Shown: positions 1 to 13,649, numbered from the whole stretch's first letter. The stretch: DNA of 63,433 bases, filler included, from Octopus bimaculoides (GCF_001194135.2; 7 parts of 6 records of this genome joined end to end with filler, not necessarily neighbours in it); one strand, 5' to 3'. The notes: generated from the letters alone by a model not told the origin. Program-made: numbers and translations.

Positions 1-132
1 AGAGGAATTTGGTAACTTTATTGTTTCAGAGAAAATATCCGACTGATACGCAGAGACGAGAAAAGTTTAATAAAATGAGAAGAAAAAAAAAGATTTCAAT
101 TAGAACATGCTCGAGTCTTTATATATATATAA

Positions 133-312
133 GAACGCGTTGTGTTCTTGAGCAAAACACTTCATTTCACGTTGCTCCAGTCCACTCAGCTGGCAAAAAA
201 TGAGTAACGCTGCGATGGACTGGCGTCCCGTCCATCTGGGGAACACATAGGCCATTGAAACCGGGGAACCGGGCCCATGAGCCTGGCTAGGCTTTAAAAG
301 GGCGCATTTATT
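133..312 (+). mobile_element. tRNA-derived SINE family 3 (CORE-like domain)
   Basis: gcgttgtgttcttgagcaaaacacttcatttcacgttgctccagtccactcagctgg; a second copy with the tRNA-like head lies at ~2990-3130. Confidence 0.7.
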
Positions 313-719
313 TATTTTATATATAAGTAACGGACCTATGTCATGTTCAGGAGAAATGTTGTGATCTCGGTACATACACCATGAGAACAGAATAAATGAC
401 CTTAAAACTCCTAGGACTGAAAAAAGAAAAAAATATAGGTGAGCGCCGCGCATGTGAATACACATACATCAAAAGGTATACATACTTCAATGCAAGTAAA
501 CATGTACATGTGTGTGTGTGTGTGTGTGTGTGTATTTCTTCTATCTTAATGAATAAAAATTATTCTGATAGAATAAATGGGTTAATAGAAACCAATGTAG
601 CAAAGAACACAAAATAACTGTGGTTTAGTTCCTGTTTTTAAGGCAGGAACTCCTTGAAATTTTGGGTATTTGAGTATATTTAAGAATTTAAGGAATGGAG
701 AAAACGCATGTTATAATTG

Positions 720-818
720 CATACTTTATTCCTACATATGTTTCAAAGGATTACAACCTGTGTGATCCATAGGGATCATTGATATTAAAATTGTAACCTT
801 CTCATCAGGGAAAGCATG
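720..818 (-). ncRNA. Type I hammerhead ribozyme motif, canonical core
   Basis: Minus strand reads CATGCTTTCC-CTGATGA-GAAGG TTACAA..TGATCC CTAT GGATCA..TTGTAA T CCTTT-GAAA-CATATG-TA-GGAATAAAGTATG. Stems I and II pair, stem III is the palindrome ACATATGT, and the GUA cleavage triplet is at 735-733. Confidence 0.85.
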
Positions 819-1018
819 GGAATCATCTTAAACGTAAGACATTATGACCGATTATGAAAACAATAGATGGATAAGGTTATGACTTGATTCATTTTGTCCA
901 ACCCACTATCCGGCAGCGTCCAATTCTCTAACGGTTTTTTTCAAATGAATCAAGTCATAACTTTATCCATCTATTGTTTAAATAATCGGTCATAATGTCT
1001 TACGTTTAAGATGATTCC

Positions 1019-1117
1019 CATGCTTTCCCCGATGAGAAGGTTACAATTTTAATATCAAAGATCCCTATGGATCACACAGGTTGTAATCCTTTGAAACATA
1101 TGTAGGAATAAAGTATG
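1019..1117 (+). ncRNA. Type I hammerhead motif, inverted twin of 720-818 with CCGATGA (U4C) core
   Basis: CCGATGA 1029-1035, GAAA 1093-1096, CATATG 1097-1102, TA 1103-1104, GGAA 1105-1108. Confidence 0.75.
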
Positions 1118-1154
1118 CAATTATAACATGCGTTTTCTCCATTCCTTAAATTCT

Positions 1155-1204
<50 letters not shown>

Positions 1205-1642
1205 TGTGTGTATCTGTATACACATACATACGCGTGCATGTGTGGGTGTGAATGTTTGCATGAAAATAGCTCTAAGCCTCAGAGCTAGTTCTGACCTCAA
1301 TACACTACTGCAAAATATATATATATATATACACAAACATGTAGAAGTATACATATACACACCTACACATCAATCAAAAGAAAAAAGTAATATGCGCATG
1401 TGCAGACCTATTGGTGTAACGCGTCTACGCATGCGCACAACGCCAACCGCAGACGCTCACACACTGATGTTCACTTATTCAGACATAACCACATATATAT
1501 ACACATTCTCTCATACACACATACAAACCTGAAAACCTTGATATATAGAACATATCGGGGGCACACCTCCCCCACTGTCATTCCCCTCCCTATAACCTTG
1601 TTCACAACTTTGCTCTCAAACTGCTGAACCTCTCTGCAACAA

Positions 1643-1863
1643 TATCGATTTCAAGTTTTGGTACAAGACCAGGAATTACAAGAGAGTGGGGTAAGTCGAT
1701 TACGTAGGCCCCAGAACTCGGCTAGTACTTATGTTCATCGATCCCGAAAGGATGAAAGGCAAAGTCGACCTCGGCGAAACTTGAACTCTGAACGGAAAAA
1801 CGGACGAAATGCAGCCAAGCACTTCATCCGGCGTACAAACGATTCTGCTCGCTCGCCACCGCC
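1643..1863 (-). mobile_element. tRNA-derived SINE family 2 (Deu/Nin-domain-like core)
   Basis: Core gaggtcgactttgcctttcatcctttcgggatcgat..aagtac. Other copies at ~2290-2505(-), 23330-23470(-), 27720-27925(+), 28095-28290(+), 33940-34140(-), 43340-43525(-). Confidence 0.75.
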
Positions 1864-3315
1864 TTCCACTCTACAACATCATCTCCTAAACTTCCATATG
1901 CTGCAAATACCCTCTTTCAGACCCCTAAACCATCATCGTCTTTCTCCCCATAACTGATTGTCCCCTGCGTAAGCAACGACACCCGCTTTTATCTATCTAT
2001 TGCACAACAGAGGAACCCCCTGTCATTTTATGGTAAATGACGTGGAATGATCCGCCAGTTTTACACCAATAATCCAAGACTAATAAATAGAACTTGTTTC
2101 TCGGACTCTGTGGAATTGGTTTCATTTAACAGTGGGGGAATAGGAAAAATTAGTCTCAGACTATTAGTGTGTGGTGACTAAAACATCGAGCAACGTCCAG
2201 GTTCACAAATTTAGGTCTTTAAATAGAAATTAAAGACGGTATCGAGTGTGATTAAAAGACGATATCAACCATTTTGACAGACATATATATCGATTTCAAC
2301 TTTTGGCACAGAGGCAGTAATTTAAGGGAGAGGATAAATTGATTGCATCGACCCCAGTGCTCGATTGGTATTTAATTTATCGACCCCGAAAGAATGAAAG
2401 GTAGAGTCGACCTCGACGGAGTTTGAGCTCAAAACGTAAAGACGGACGAAAAGCCGCTAAGCATTTTGTGGAGTATGCAAACCATGCTGCCAGCTCAGCG
2501 CCTTATCGTGAAATATATATCAAAATATCGATTTTAGGATAGAGAGAAAGTACCTTTCCAATTCCAAAATGTTAACTTTCTATCCATTTTCTCCCCAACT
2601 AATCAGGATCTTATAATTTTTTTTTTGTCTATTTTCCTTTTGAGAAGCAAACCTCACTAAACGTTCCATCAGATTTATTTTATTGATCCGTTCTTTGCGA
2701 CAGGAAAGTAGACTCAAAGAATTTCATGTCTTGTGAGTTATAGTTTTTCTTCAAATTCACAAAGAAAATGGTTGACTATTTCGCTGCCAAAAATGTTTCA
2801 TTGAAACCTCTTCCAAATCTAAGGACCAATTCAGATTTCTATACCATCCACGTTATTTGTGGCTCCGTCAGCGCACGCTCTTTGCTTATTACTTAACTCC
2901 CTAACTCAGATCAAAATTTTCCGCCTGGTTTCTAACCACGCACCTCTCCCTCCACGCCCTTCACCTCACGGTGCAACGCCCTACCCACTGGACATGGCCT
3001 TGTGGTTAGAGTGTTGCGCTCACAATCACTAGATTGTGGTTTCGATTCCCAGACTGGGTGGGGCGTTGTGCTCTTGAGCAAAACATTTCATTTCACCACG
3101 CTCCAGTCCACCTAGCTGTACACGGGTCACCTTGAGCTGGATTGATGCACAAGGTGAGATGGTCACACAGCAAAAATCACCCCAGCGGAGAGGTCTTGTG
3201 ACTCACATTTTGCATTCAGCGATCAAAAGGATGAATAGCACAACTCGTGCTGTAAATCGCCACTGGTTGGGATTAGTTGATCAACCATGTCGAAGGTTTG
3301 ATCAATGATGAAATA

Positions 3316-4579
3316 TTAGGTTGTCCGGAAAATTCTGAGCGTTTTTTAATATGCAAAAAGGGATATAAATAATTGACTTATCAATAAATTTTATTCAATT
3401 AGATAATTTCCATTATTATTAATGACCCTTGACCATCTATCAGGTAATTTAAATATTCCATCAGCACAAAATTTGACTGGTTTTGAAGCAAAAAAGTTAT
3501 CTAGATGCATTTTGACTCCGTCTAAATTAAATTGTTAAATGTTTTTCCTTGCAAAGAGTTCTGTAAAGACACAAACAAGTGGTAGTTGGATGGCGCTATA
3601 TCAGGAGAATGTGGTGCATGGAGTAAGAGATCCCAGCTAAGTTCATGTAACTTTGTTCGGGTAGCTAAAGACACATGTGGTTAGGCATAGTCATGTTGGA
3701 ACACTACTCCTTTCCCGTTGGCAATCTCCGGCCTCAATTCTTTGATGTTTTGGCTCAAATTAACCAGCTGACGACAGTACACATCAGAATTAATGGTCTG
3801 GTTTTGTGGGAGAGGCCTTTATGATCCCACCAAACACAAAGGATAGTTTTTTTTGGCATGGGTTGTCATCTTTGGTTGCTGTTTTGGGAGATCCTTACAC
3901 AAAATCCAGGATCTTTTTCACACTACGTTTTCGTACACAGTCCATTTTTCATCTCCAGTCACAAGTTGTTTCAGAACAGGCATGCTTTCATTCCGTTTCA
4001 AAAGTATATCACAAACGGAATACTGGTCCAAGCAATTCCTTTCTGAGAGTTTGTGAAGGACCCATACTATAGTGAGAAATGTATCCTAGCTTCACTAAGT
4101 GTTCATGAGCCATACTTTTAGAAACTTTGAACTCCTCTGCAAGTTCTCTAGTCATGATATTTGAGTTTCCTTCGATTTTTGCCTTCAAAATATCTTCACC
4201 CAATTTTGAATGTCTTCCACTGTGACTGTCAATTTCTAAGCTAAACTCTCCAGCTTTAAATTTTGCAAACCACCTTCAAACACTTGATTCACCTACATCA
4301 TCATCATCACGATAAACTTCACAAATGTTTTTGCAAGTCTTTGCAGCATTTTCTTCTGTTTTAAAAAAGAAAAGCATCACAACACGAATAGGAAATTTTT
4401 GGTTATCCATTTCAAATGTCAATAAAGGGTAACCAGAATGAAAGACAAATCTAGTTTTAGCCAGGAACAAAGAAGAGATGCACCACCACTTCAACCAACG
4501 CCAAAGTTTTAACCGTGTTTCGTTTCAGGTGTGTTCAAGATTTAGCTTTAAAACGCTCAGAACTTTCCGGACCAGCCAA
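3316..4579 (-). mobile_element. Full-length degenerate mariner (Mos1/SETMAR-like) transposon
   Basis: TIRs ttaggttgtccggaaaattctgagcgtttt and aaaacgctcagaactttccggaccagccaa, with TA on the left. Broken transposase: AAKTCKNICEVY, TRELAEEFKVSKSMAHEHLVKLG. Confidence 0.9.
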
Positions 4580-7500
4580 TGTTATATCTCTACTTCGTCC
4601 TTCCCAGGTTTCTCTTTTTCCAGTGAATGACTAACGACCGAAAAAACAAAACTATCCTTTAACTAACAACCCTCATGCTACAACAATATTCGTCAAGCTT
4701 TGTCCTTCCTATGTTTATTTTCTTTATGCTGTGTGTCTCTGTAATGCGACGAATTTCAAAGTTCTTAAAGCGTCCGGTAAAACTGCGGTTTTTGTTCCAC
4801 CTGTTTGTCATTGTCAACCCTATCTTTCACCATTTCGGGGTCGAGAAATGAAATGCCAGTCAATATGGAAGGTGAAGTCGATTCTTATTTCTCTCTCCCT
4901 CTCTGGTCAGGCCTGGAGAGTGATGGGATCCGCCAATACACGTCCTACGCCCTGATCGGCCCCTATCACTCAACATATCACTACTCGGTAATCAGATAAA
5001 TACTCTACAGGATAAATCGTAAATAGTCTTATGGAATTACTTTTTTGCCAAAAGAGTTCAACCAATACTCTCTCTTTAACTCTTTTACTTGTTTCAGTCA
5101 TTAAACTGCGGCCATGCTGGAGCACCGCCTTTAGTCGAGCAAATCGACCCCCAGGACTTATTCTTTGTAAGCCTAGTACTTATTCTATCGGTCTCTTTTG
5201 CCGAACCGTTAAGTTACGGGGACGTAAANNNNNNNNNNNNNNNNNNNNNNNNNNNNNNNNNNNNNNNNNNNNNNNNNNNNNNNNNNNNNNNNNNNNNNNN
5301 NNNNNNNNNNNNNNNNNNNNNNNNNNNNNNNNNNNNNNNNNNNNNNNNNNNNNNNNNNNNNNNNNNNNNNNNNNNNNNNNNNNNNNNNNNNNNNNNNNNN
5401 NNNNNNNNNNNNNNNNNNNNNNNNNNNNNNNNNNNNNNNNNNNNNNNNNNNNNNNNNNNNNNNNNNNNNNNNNNNNNNNNNNNNNNNNNNNNNNNNNNNN
5501 NNNNNNNNNNNNNNNNNNNNNNNNNNNNNNNNNNNNNNNNNNNNNNNNNNNNNNNNNNNNNNNNNNNNNNNNNNNNNNNNNNNNNNNNNNNNNNNNNNNN
5601 NNNNNNNNNNNNNNNNNNNNNNNNNNNNNNNNNNNNNNNNNNNNNNNNNNNNNNNNNNNNNNNNNNNNNNNNNNNNNNNNNNNNNNNNNNNNNNNNNNNN
5701 NNNNNNNNNNNNNNNNNNNNNNNNNNNNNNNNNNNNNNNNNNNNNNNNNNNNNNNNNNNNNNNNNNNNNNNNNNNNNNNNNNNNNNNNNNNNNNNNNNNN
5801 NNNNNNNNNNNNNNNNNNNNNNNNNNNNNNNNNNNNNNNNNNNNNNNNNNNNNNNNNNGTGTGTGTGTTCAAAAGCAAGTCTACCACAACCGCACCATCA
5901 CAGAAACAAATACAACCCTCTTAAGTCGACGGAATGGGGAACATCTTTGCGGTTCACTGATCTGCTAGAAACAGCAGATAAATATCTCTCCAAACACAAC
6001 CAATCGTCTTAGTGTTGAATATACGAAAAAAAAAAGACGGGGTGGTCACGACTGGACTCAGAAATGAATAAGAACAACCGCCTGTCATACCACATCATCC
6101 ACTTGCTCTGCGGGGGATGGTGTGGGGGAGAATCTATCAAGTCACTCAGTTTACTAGAAACAGCAGCTAAATCCTCACTCAATAAGGAAAAAAAAGATAA
6201 GTTTGCATTATGTACCAAGGGAAAATACAGGATAGTCACGGTTGGATTTCCTTTGATTATAGATTTACTTAATCACGACTGACCTAGGGCTAAGCAATAC
6301 AATATATATCTTGATTTACGGAAGGGGTGCTTCTATGTGGTTGCTGGGATTGCTAAAAGTAGCAGCTAAATAACCGTCAAATTAATCCCAGCGTTAAAAA
6401 TTAAACGGTACACTGAAAAACGTAGTCCCAGATACATTATGCCTGAAGAAAAGCTGTGACGTGTTGATCACAGACGTAACGCCTTTCAACATGCGTGTGT
6501 GATGGATCGAGTCACAACTGAAACAAAACAACCTCCGCCGCCAATTCTGATATTTACATATCCTCTACCGCCGCTACCACCATCACCACCACCGCCGCCG
6601 CCACCGGCACCACCACCGCCGCCGCCACCACCACCGCCGCCGCCCCGCCTTCTTTCGACGCCACNNNNNNNNNNNNNNNNNNNNNNNNNNNNNNNNNNNN
6701 NNNNNNNNNNNNNNNNNNNNNNNNNNNNNNNNNNNNNNNNNNNNNNNNNNNNNNNNNNNNNNNNNNNNNNNNNNNNNNNNNNNNNNNNNNNNNNNNNNNN
6801 NNNNNNNNNNNNNNNNNNNNNNNNNNNNNNNNNNNNNNNNNNNNNNNNNNNNNNNNNNNNNNNNNNNNNNNNNNNNNNNNNNNNNNNNNNNNNNNNNNNN
6901 NNNNNNNNNNNNNNNNNNNNNNNNNNNNNNNNNNNNNNNNNNNNNNNNNNNNNNNNNNNNNNNNNNNNNNNNNNNNNNNNNNNNNNNNNNNNNNNNNNNN
7001 NNNNNNNNNNNNNNNNNNNNNNNNNNNNNNNNNNNNNNNNNNNNNNNNNNNNNNNNNNNNNNNNNNNNNNNNNNNNNNNNNNNNNNNNNNNNNNNNNNNN
7101 NNNNNNNNNNNNNNNNNNNNNNNNNNNNNNNNNNNNNNNNNNNNNNNNNNNNNNNNNNNNNNNNNNNNNNNNNNNNNNNNNNNNNNNNNNNNNNNNNNNN
7201 NNNNNNNNNNNNNNNNNNNNNNNNNNNNNNNNNNNNNNNNNNNNNNNNNNNNNNNNNNNNNNNNNNNNNNNNNNNNNNNNNNNNNNNNNNNNNNNNNNNN
7301 NNNNNNNNNNNNNNNNNNNNNNNNNNNNNNNNNNNNNNNNNNNNNNNNNNNNNNNNNNNNNNNNNNNNNNNNNNNNNNNNNNNNNNNNNNNNNNNNNNNN
7401 NNNTTTTATTCCAGTCATGCTCCTTGCTTCAGTTGTCCACCGCAGCCGCCGCTGTCAATGTTGTAAAACAACAAAAACAATAATGAGCTGATAAACAATT

Positions 7501-7795
7501 TCATTCGCCCCCCCCCAACACACACGCACACATCTCTATGTGTGTGCGTGTGTGTGTGTGTTTTTTTATATACTTTTATTCTTTTGTTTCAGTCATTTGA
7601 CTGCGGCCATGCTGGAGCACCAACTTGAGTCGAACAAATCGATCCCAGAACTTATTCTTTGTAAGCCTAGTACTTATTCTATCGGTCTCTTTGCCGATCC
7701 GCTAAGTTACGGGGACGTAGACACACCAGCATCGATAGTCAAGCGATGTTGGGGAAGGGCAAACACAGACACACAAACACACACACATACATACA

Positions 7796-7839
<44 letters not shown>

Positions 7840-7997
7840 AGGCGTGGTTGTGTGGTAAGAAGTTTGCTTACCACCCACATGGTTCCGAGTTCATTCCCAC
7901 TGCGTGGCAGCATGGGCAAGTGTCTTCTATTACAGCCTCAGTCCAAAGCAAAGCCTTGTGAGTGGATTTGGTAAACGGAAATTGAAAGAAGCCCATC

Positions 7998-8029
<32 letters not shown>

Positions 8030-9364
8030 TATTGAAGGGAGTAGAGAAGTGGAAGAGAAAAAAGCACAAAGACTTTTATTTGAAAGCAACAACAGGTTTT
8101 GAGACGAGCGACACAGCTATGGACAGCGTTGTCATCTTTCTCGTCTCCAAACAGGAACATATATAGAGAGACGTCTTATAGTCTTGGCCAAATGTAATTT
8201 GCATAATTAAAATGAAAACGGTAAGAAAAACAGGTTGAAGTGAGCCAATAACACACATAATTACATTCGAGTTTTTCCCACTCTCTCTCTCTTACACATA
8301 AATTAAAACAGACAGGGGGATACAATCACACAGATTGAAACCGACCAGTTTGACTGATACACACACACACACAACTATGCATAAAGTGACAAGTTCTGAT
8401 CTGTTGTTTCTTTCATCACGCTCACACATACATACAAACACACTTACAGATACACGCGTAGTTTGGAAGAGACTCGTTCCGGTGGAAGGGATATCACTCA
8501 CACACACCTCACATAGGTAAAAGAATATGCCTACTCCGACGTTTCATTCACACACACACACACATCGCCGTCAGTCCGCTATCAACACCTTTAATCAACA
8601 ATTCTCACCTTTCTTACAATCGTTCGACATCTTTTTCCGTGAAAATATTTATCGTCACCCTTTATGTCATATTTATTCTGTTTTATTACAATTTTACGAC
8701 TTCATTTTAAACACCTAACCCCAAGGATACCTTCCTCTTGTATCTTTTAACTTCTATGAACCCACCACTACCCCTCGGCCGGCCCCTAAACCTTACACTT
8801 GTTATAATTTTGTTTCTTTTATATTTTGTTTCTACCTACCCATCCATCAACAAGCAGACAGACAGACAGACATATGAACGGAAGAAAATTGCGAAAAATC
8901 ACCAAAATTTTGGATGTCTTTCACCAAAGAAGTTTATGGTAAATCCTGAAGACTTCATAACGCAATCCTCGAGAAAGAAACGAAGAATTCTTAACATCGT
9001 CTCGAACACTCCAAGACAGGCTCAAACGTGCAACTGGTTGGTCATGTTCTGCAACGCACAGATTTACAGTGTGTAAAAGCAAGTCTGGGTTACAGAAGAT
9101 GCGTGGTTCGAGTCCTGCAGTCGACTTTCTACCTTTTTTACCTACCAAGATGCGCTAAACTCAATGTATTTTAGCTGAATTCCCTTCTAAATATTTTGTT
9201 AATAATGACTGTGTGTGTGCTTGGTGGTGGACGTCCGTCGTTCGACGATGAAAATTCGGTTGTTTGATCGCCTGAATTAAGTTGCTGAGTATTCCATAGA
9301 TACTCTTAACGTAATTCTCAGGCAGAAACAATGCGACACAGAGGGTGACCAGTGGATTTGCATG

Positions 9365-9755
9365 TACAGGTGTAGGCGTGGCTATGCGATAAGAAAGTTT
9401 GCTCTCCAACCACATGGTTCCGGGATCAATCCCACTGTGTGGTGGGCATCTTGGGCAAAATCTTCTACTGTAGCCTGGGGTCAACCAAAGCCTTTTGAAC
9501 GGATTTGGGAAGCAAAAACTGAAAGAAGCTCGTCATATGTATGAACGTCCATGTGTGTGTGTATCTTTCATCACCGCTTGACAGCCGGTGTTCGTTTACA
9601 TCTCCGAAACCTAGCGATTCGGCAAAAGATACCAATAGAATTAACACCAGGCTTTAAAACACAAGTCCCCGGGTCGATTCACTCGACTAAAAATTCTTCA
9701 AGGGACTGCCCCCAGCATGGCTACAGTCTAATGACTGAAACAAGATGAAAGATAA
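9365..9755 (+). mobile_element. Full-length tRNA-derived SINE (family 1, internal (TG)n)
   Basis: tRNA-like head ggcgtggct..ggttccggg..atccc; tail gactgaaacaag. Other copies at ~5075-5228(-), 7577-7790(-), 7838-8000(+), 11399-11715(-), 20860-21215(+), 22850-23205(-), 23615-24010(-), 32915-33130(-), 33625-33800(-), 42225-42510(-), 54975-55170(-), 63285-63433(-). Confidence 0.85.
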
Positions 9756-10047
9756 AGACCGCCCGGAGGGCTTCTCTACAGTTACCGTCTACCAAATTTT
9801 ACTCACAACGACGGGAAGTTGTTGAAAATCATATTTGACCAAAATACCAAACAGTGGAACCAAACTCCCTAACTGATCGACCATTATGCACCTAAAGAAA
9901 AGATACACACATGCACGTGTATATTAAAGACACACATATGTGTGCGTGTATATAAGTTCAAAAAAAGACAAAAAACAATAACAAAAAACAACGTGAGGAC
10001 GTGATACAGATAGTGCTACTAGACGCTCGGGAAAGGAAAGAGAGAAA

Positions 10048-10082
10048 GTATGACGTTTCGGGCGGAGCCCTTCGTCGGAAAC
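10048..10082 (-). ncRNA. Minimal hammerhead motif of Penelope type (CCGACGA core)
   Basis: GTTT-CCGACGA-A-GGGC TCC GCCC-GAAA-CG-TC-ATAC. Stem III is the ACGT palindrome, the triplet is GUC, and stem I pairs 3 of 4. Confidence 0.6.
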
Positions 10083-12304
10083 AAGGAAAGTTCAAAGAAG
10101 GGAAAAACGGAGGAAGAAAAAATCGGCACCGATGCCCACGAGGTTACATTGTGGAAGGACCGGAAGAGGAAGTGGTGGAGGAAAAGTTCTTTCTAAGACA
10201 GGAGAGTGAAAAAGGGAGGTGAATATGTGTGCGTGCGCGAGGGTCTGCATGTGTGTGTGTAATAACAGAACGTGTGTGTGTGTGTGTGTGTATGCGTGGT
10301 TTCGTTTTTTATCTGTTAGTATGTATGTGTGTGTTTGTGTGTGTGTGTGACGTAGTGGAAGGAATTAGTAGCAGGAATAGTTAGGGGTTGCTTATGGACA
10401 ATGGTCAGTGGAAGCTAAGCAGGCAGTTTTTGAGTATGTGTGTGTGCGTGTGTGTTTGTATTGTGTGGGTGTGATTTCCTAGCAGTGTGTGCTTGTATTT
10501 TTTGTGTACGTGTGTGTATGTGTATATATATATGTGTGTGTGTACGTGTGTGTGTATATGCGTGTGGTTTGCTTTGTGGATCGCACGTGGGTTATTTCGT
10601 GTGTGTGTGTGCGTGTATATGCGTAGTATGTGTTCGTGTATGTGTCACTGTTTGTTGTGTGTGTATGTGAGTTATGTGTGGGTTCATTTGCGTGTGTGTA
10701 CATGTATATGCACCTGTGTGTGTGTGTGTGTGTGTGAGTGTGTATGTAGGAGTTGTGTGTAGGTTCAATTGCATGTGTGTGTAAGTGAGTTCGTTTCTAC
10801 ATGTGTGTGTGTATGTGCCTTGTATGTGTGCGTGTGATGTGCGTGCGTGTGTGTATGTATGTATACTTGGGCGTGTGTGAGAGTGCGTGTTGTGTATGTG
10901 TAGGAGTTATGTGCGGGTTCATTTGCATGTGTGTATATGTGGGTTCGTTTGTGTCGGTGTGTGTGTGCGCGCGTGTGGATGGGGGGTGCGTGTGTATGGG
11001 GGTGTGTGTATNNNNNNNNNNNNNNNNNNNNNNNNNNNNNNNNNNNNNNNNNNNNNNNNNNNNNNNNNNNNNNNNNNNNNNNNNNNNNNNNNNNNNNNNN
11101 NNNNNNNNNNNNNNNNNNNNNNNNNNNNNNNNNNNNNNNNNNNNNNNNNNNNNNNNNNNNNNNNNNNNNNNNNNNNNNNNNNNNNNNNNNNNNNNNNNNN
11201 NNNNNNNNNNNNNNNNNNNNNNNNNNNNNNNNNNNNNNNNNNNNNNNNNNNNNNNNNNNNNNNNNNNNNNNNNNNNNNNNNNNNNNNNNNNNNNNNNNNN
11301 NNNNNNNNNNNNNNNNNNNNNNNNNNNNNNNNNNNNNNNNNNNNNNNNNNNNNNNNNNNNNNNNNNNNNNNNNNNNNNNNNNNNNNNNNNNNNNNNNNCG
11401 ACCCCAGGACTTATTCTTTGGAAGCCTAGTACTTATTCTATCGTTCTCTTATGCCGAACCGCTAAGTTACGGGGACATAAACACACCAGCATCGGTTGTC
11501 AAGCGATGTTGGGGGGACAAACACAGACATACAAACACATACACACATACATATATATATACATATATACGACAGGCTTCTTTCAGTTTCCGTCTACCAA
11601 ATCCACTCACAAGGCTTTGGTCGGCCCGAGGCTATAGTAGAAGACACTTGCCCAAGATGCCACGCAGTGGGACTGAACCCGGAACCATGTGGTTGGTAAG
11701 CAAACTACTTACCACACAGCGACACCTGTGTTTATACACACACACACAGAGAGAATGCTTTGACTTTTTTAAAAGTTCATCTTGATACCTAGAGTTGTTG
11801 CAATCCAAACTCATAAAAGGGTACTTTTGTTTCATTGTTAGGGTCTAACTGCGTCTTTATGAAAAGGAGGCGAAGGAACGGGGTGCGGGGTGGAGTGGGG
11901 GAGACCCTGGGTTCAGGCCAGAGTGAAGGAAGAGCGAGACGTGTTTGGAAACGGTCCGATACCCTTGTGGGCAAGTGGTTGTGGGTACGTGTGGAGAGAG
12001 GGAGGGGGTTATAACGATGACAAAACAATTTGTTGAAATGATTTGCAGATCCGGAAGATTAATTAGAGAAAGCATTCGGATGGAACCTTCAAGATTTTGA
12101 TTTTGTTAAACCATATCATTCCCTCGTCAAACTTTTCTTCTAGAGTTCAGTCATTCGTAGGTGTACACACACAGACACACACACATTAGCATAACATAAA
12201 AGATACGTACACATATGTAAACTTACAGACATTGTCTATAAATCTATGAAGATAAGAGTATGTACAATGTGTATGCATATGTTAGATCTATCTATCTATA
12301 TATC

Positions 12305-12349
<45 letters not shown>

Positions 12350-12564
12350 TAAGTAGTTGTATACTGTCAACATAACGTGACAGTCCCAATAAGGGAATCA
12401 TACTACTGCTATTTAGCCCTAGGAAGCTGGACCGCTTCCTGTCGGCCTTGACACATTTCCTGTGTCCGTAGTTTACAAGGGGGAGACAAGCACGGACTGT
12501 CTTGTTTTACAAGCCTGAAGAGTTACATCACTTTTCGAAATGCAATTCATGGTGTCTGATTATA

Positions 12565-13649
12565 TTGTGAGTTTTCTCTCGTAAATCAATTTTTGTGAAC
12601 CCATGGATAGATCAAAGATTCGTGGTGTTTATGAATACGAGTTTTGTTGTGGAACCAATGCATCTCAGACAGCTCGAAACATCAATGAGGTGTTTGGTGA
12701 AGATGTGGCGAATGAGCGCACTGTACGTCGATGGTTTGAGAAGTTCCGGTCTGGTGACTTTACTCTTGAAAATCAGCCCTGTGTGGTAGACCTGAGACCA
12801 AGGTGGATAACGATGAGCTGGAAACTGTAGTGGAAGCGGATACATCTCAAACTATGCGTGAGTTAGCAGCAAAGTTTGAGGTTTCGATTCCAACTGTATT
12901 GGACCATCTGAAACAAATCGGCAAGGTAAAGAAGCTGGACAAGCGGGTACCACACGAACTGAACGAGCATCAAATGACACGTCGTCTTGAAACTTGCTGT
13001 CACGGCAGAACAACGAACCATTTTTGCATCGTATTGTTACGTGTGATGAAAAATGGATTCTTTTCAACAATAGCAAGTGTTCTGTACGGTGGTTGGATTG
13101 AGACGAAGTGCCAAAACACAATCCGAAAAAGAATAGTCACCAAAAATAGCTGACGATGTCTGTTTGGTGGTCCAGCGCGGGTGTCATTCACTACAGCTTC
13201 ATAAGACCCGGTAAGTCAATAACAGCGGATGTATACATCAACCAATTGGATGACATGAGAGAACTTGCAATTAAACAACCATGATTGGTCAATAGAGATA
13301 GGCCAATTCTCTTGCAAGAAAATGCTCGACACATGTTGCACAAACAACGCTACTCAAGTTACAGGAACTGAACTTGGAAGTACTCTGTCATCCACCATAT
13401 TCACCAGACCTTGCACCAACTGACTATCATGTTTTCCAGGCATTTGACAACTTTTTTGTAAGGAAAAAACTTCAAATCTGAAGATGCAAAAACAGCCTTT
13501 CGTGATTTCATCACCTCTTGCTCTCCAGAATTCTTCGATGCCAGCATAAATAAGCTACCGATAAAATGGCAAAATTGTGTTGATAATTTAGGTGCACACT
13601 TTGATTAACTGGATTGCTTTTTGTTGAGATAAACTTTCAGTTCAAAATC
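12565..13649 (+). mobile_element. Mariner transposase pseudogene (frameshifted), right end runs into a gap
   Basis: MDRSKIRGVYEYEF..ERTVRRWFEKFRSGDF, RVPHEL, IVTCDEKWILF, HPPYSPDLAPTDY, stop at 13606-13608. Confidence 0.92.

Larger units (their letters stand above)
681..1156. repeat. Long inverted repeat: arms 681-894 and 943-1156 (214 bp, 5 mismatches), 48-bp spacer; Penelope-like pLTR pair
   Basis: Direct base-by-base reverse-complement comparison; each arm carries a hammerhead motif. Confidence 0.95.

Noticed and set aside
2990-3060. tRNA gene
   Set aside because: These are tRNA-like SINE heads with A/B boxes but no complete cloverleaf; no true tRNA or rRNA gene was seen in the window.
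12505-12550. CTGAAGA...GAAATGCA hammerhead-like spacing
   Set aside because: Stem II does not pair and stem I is absent.
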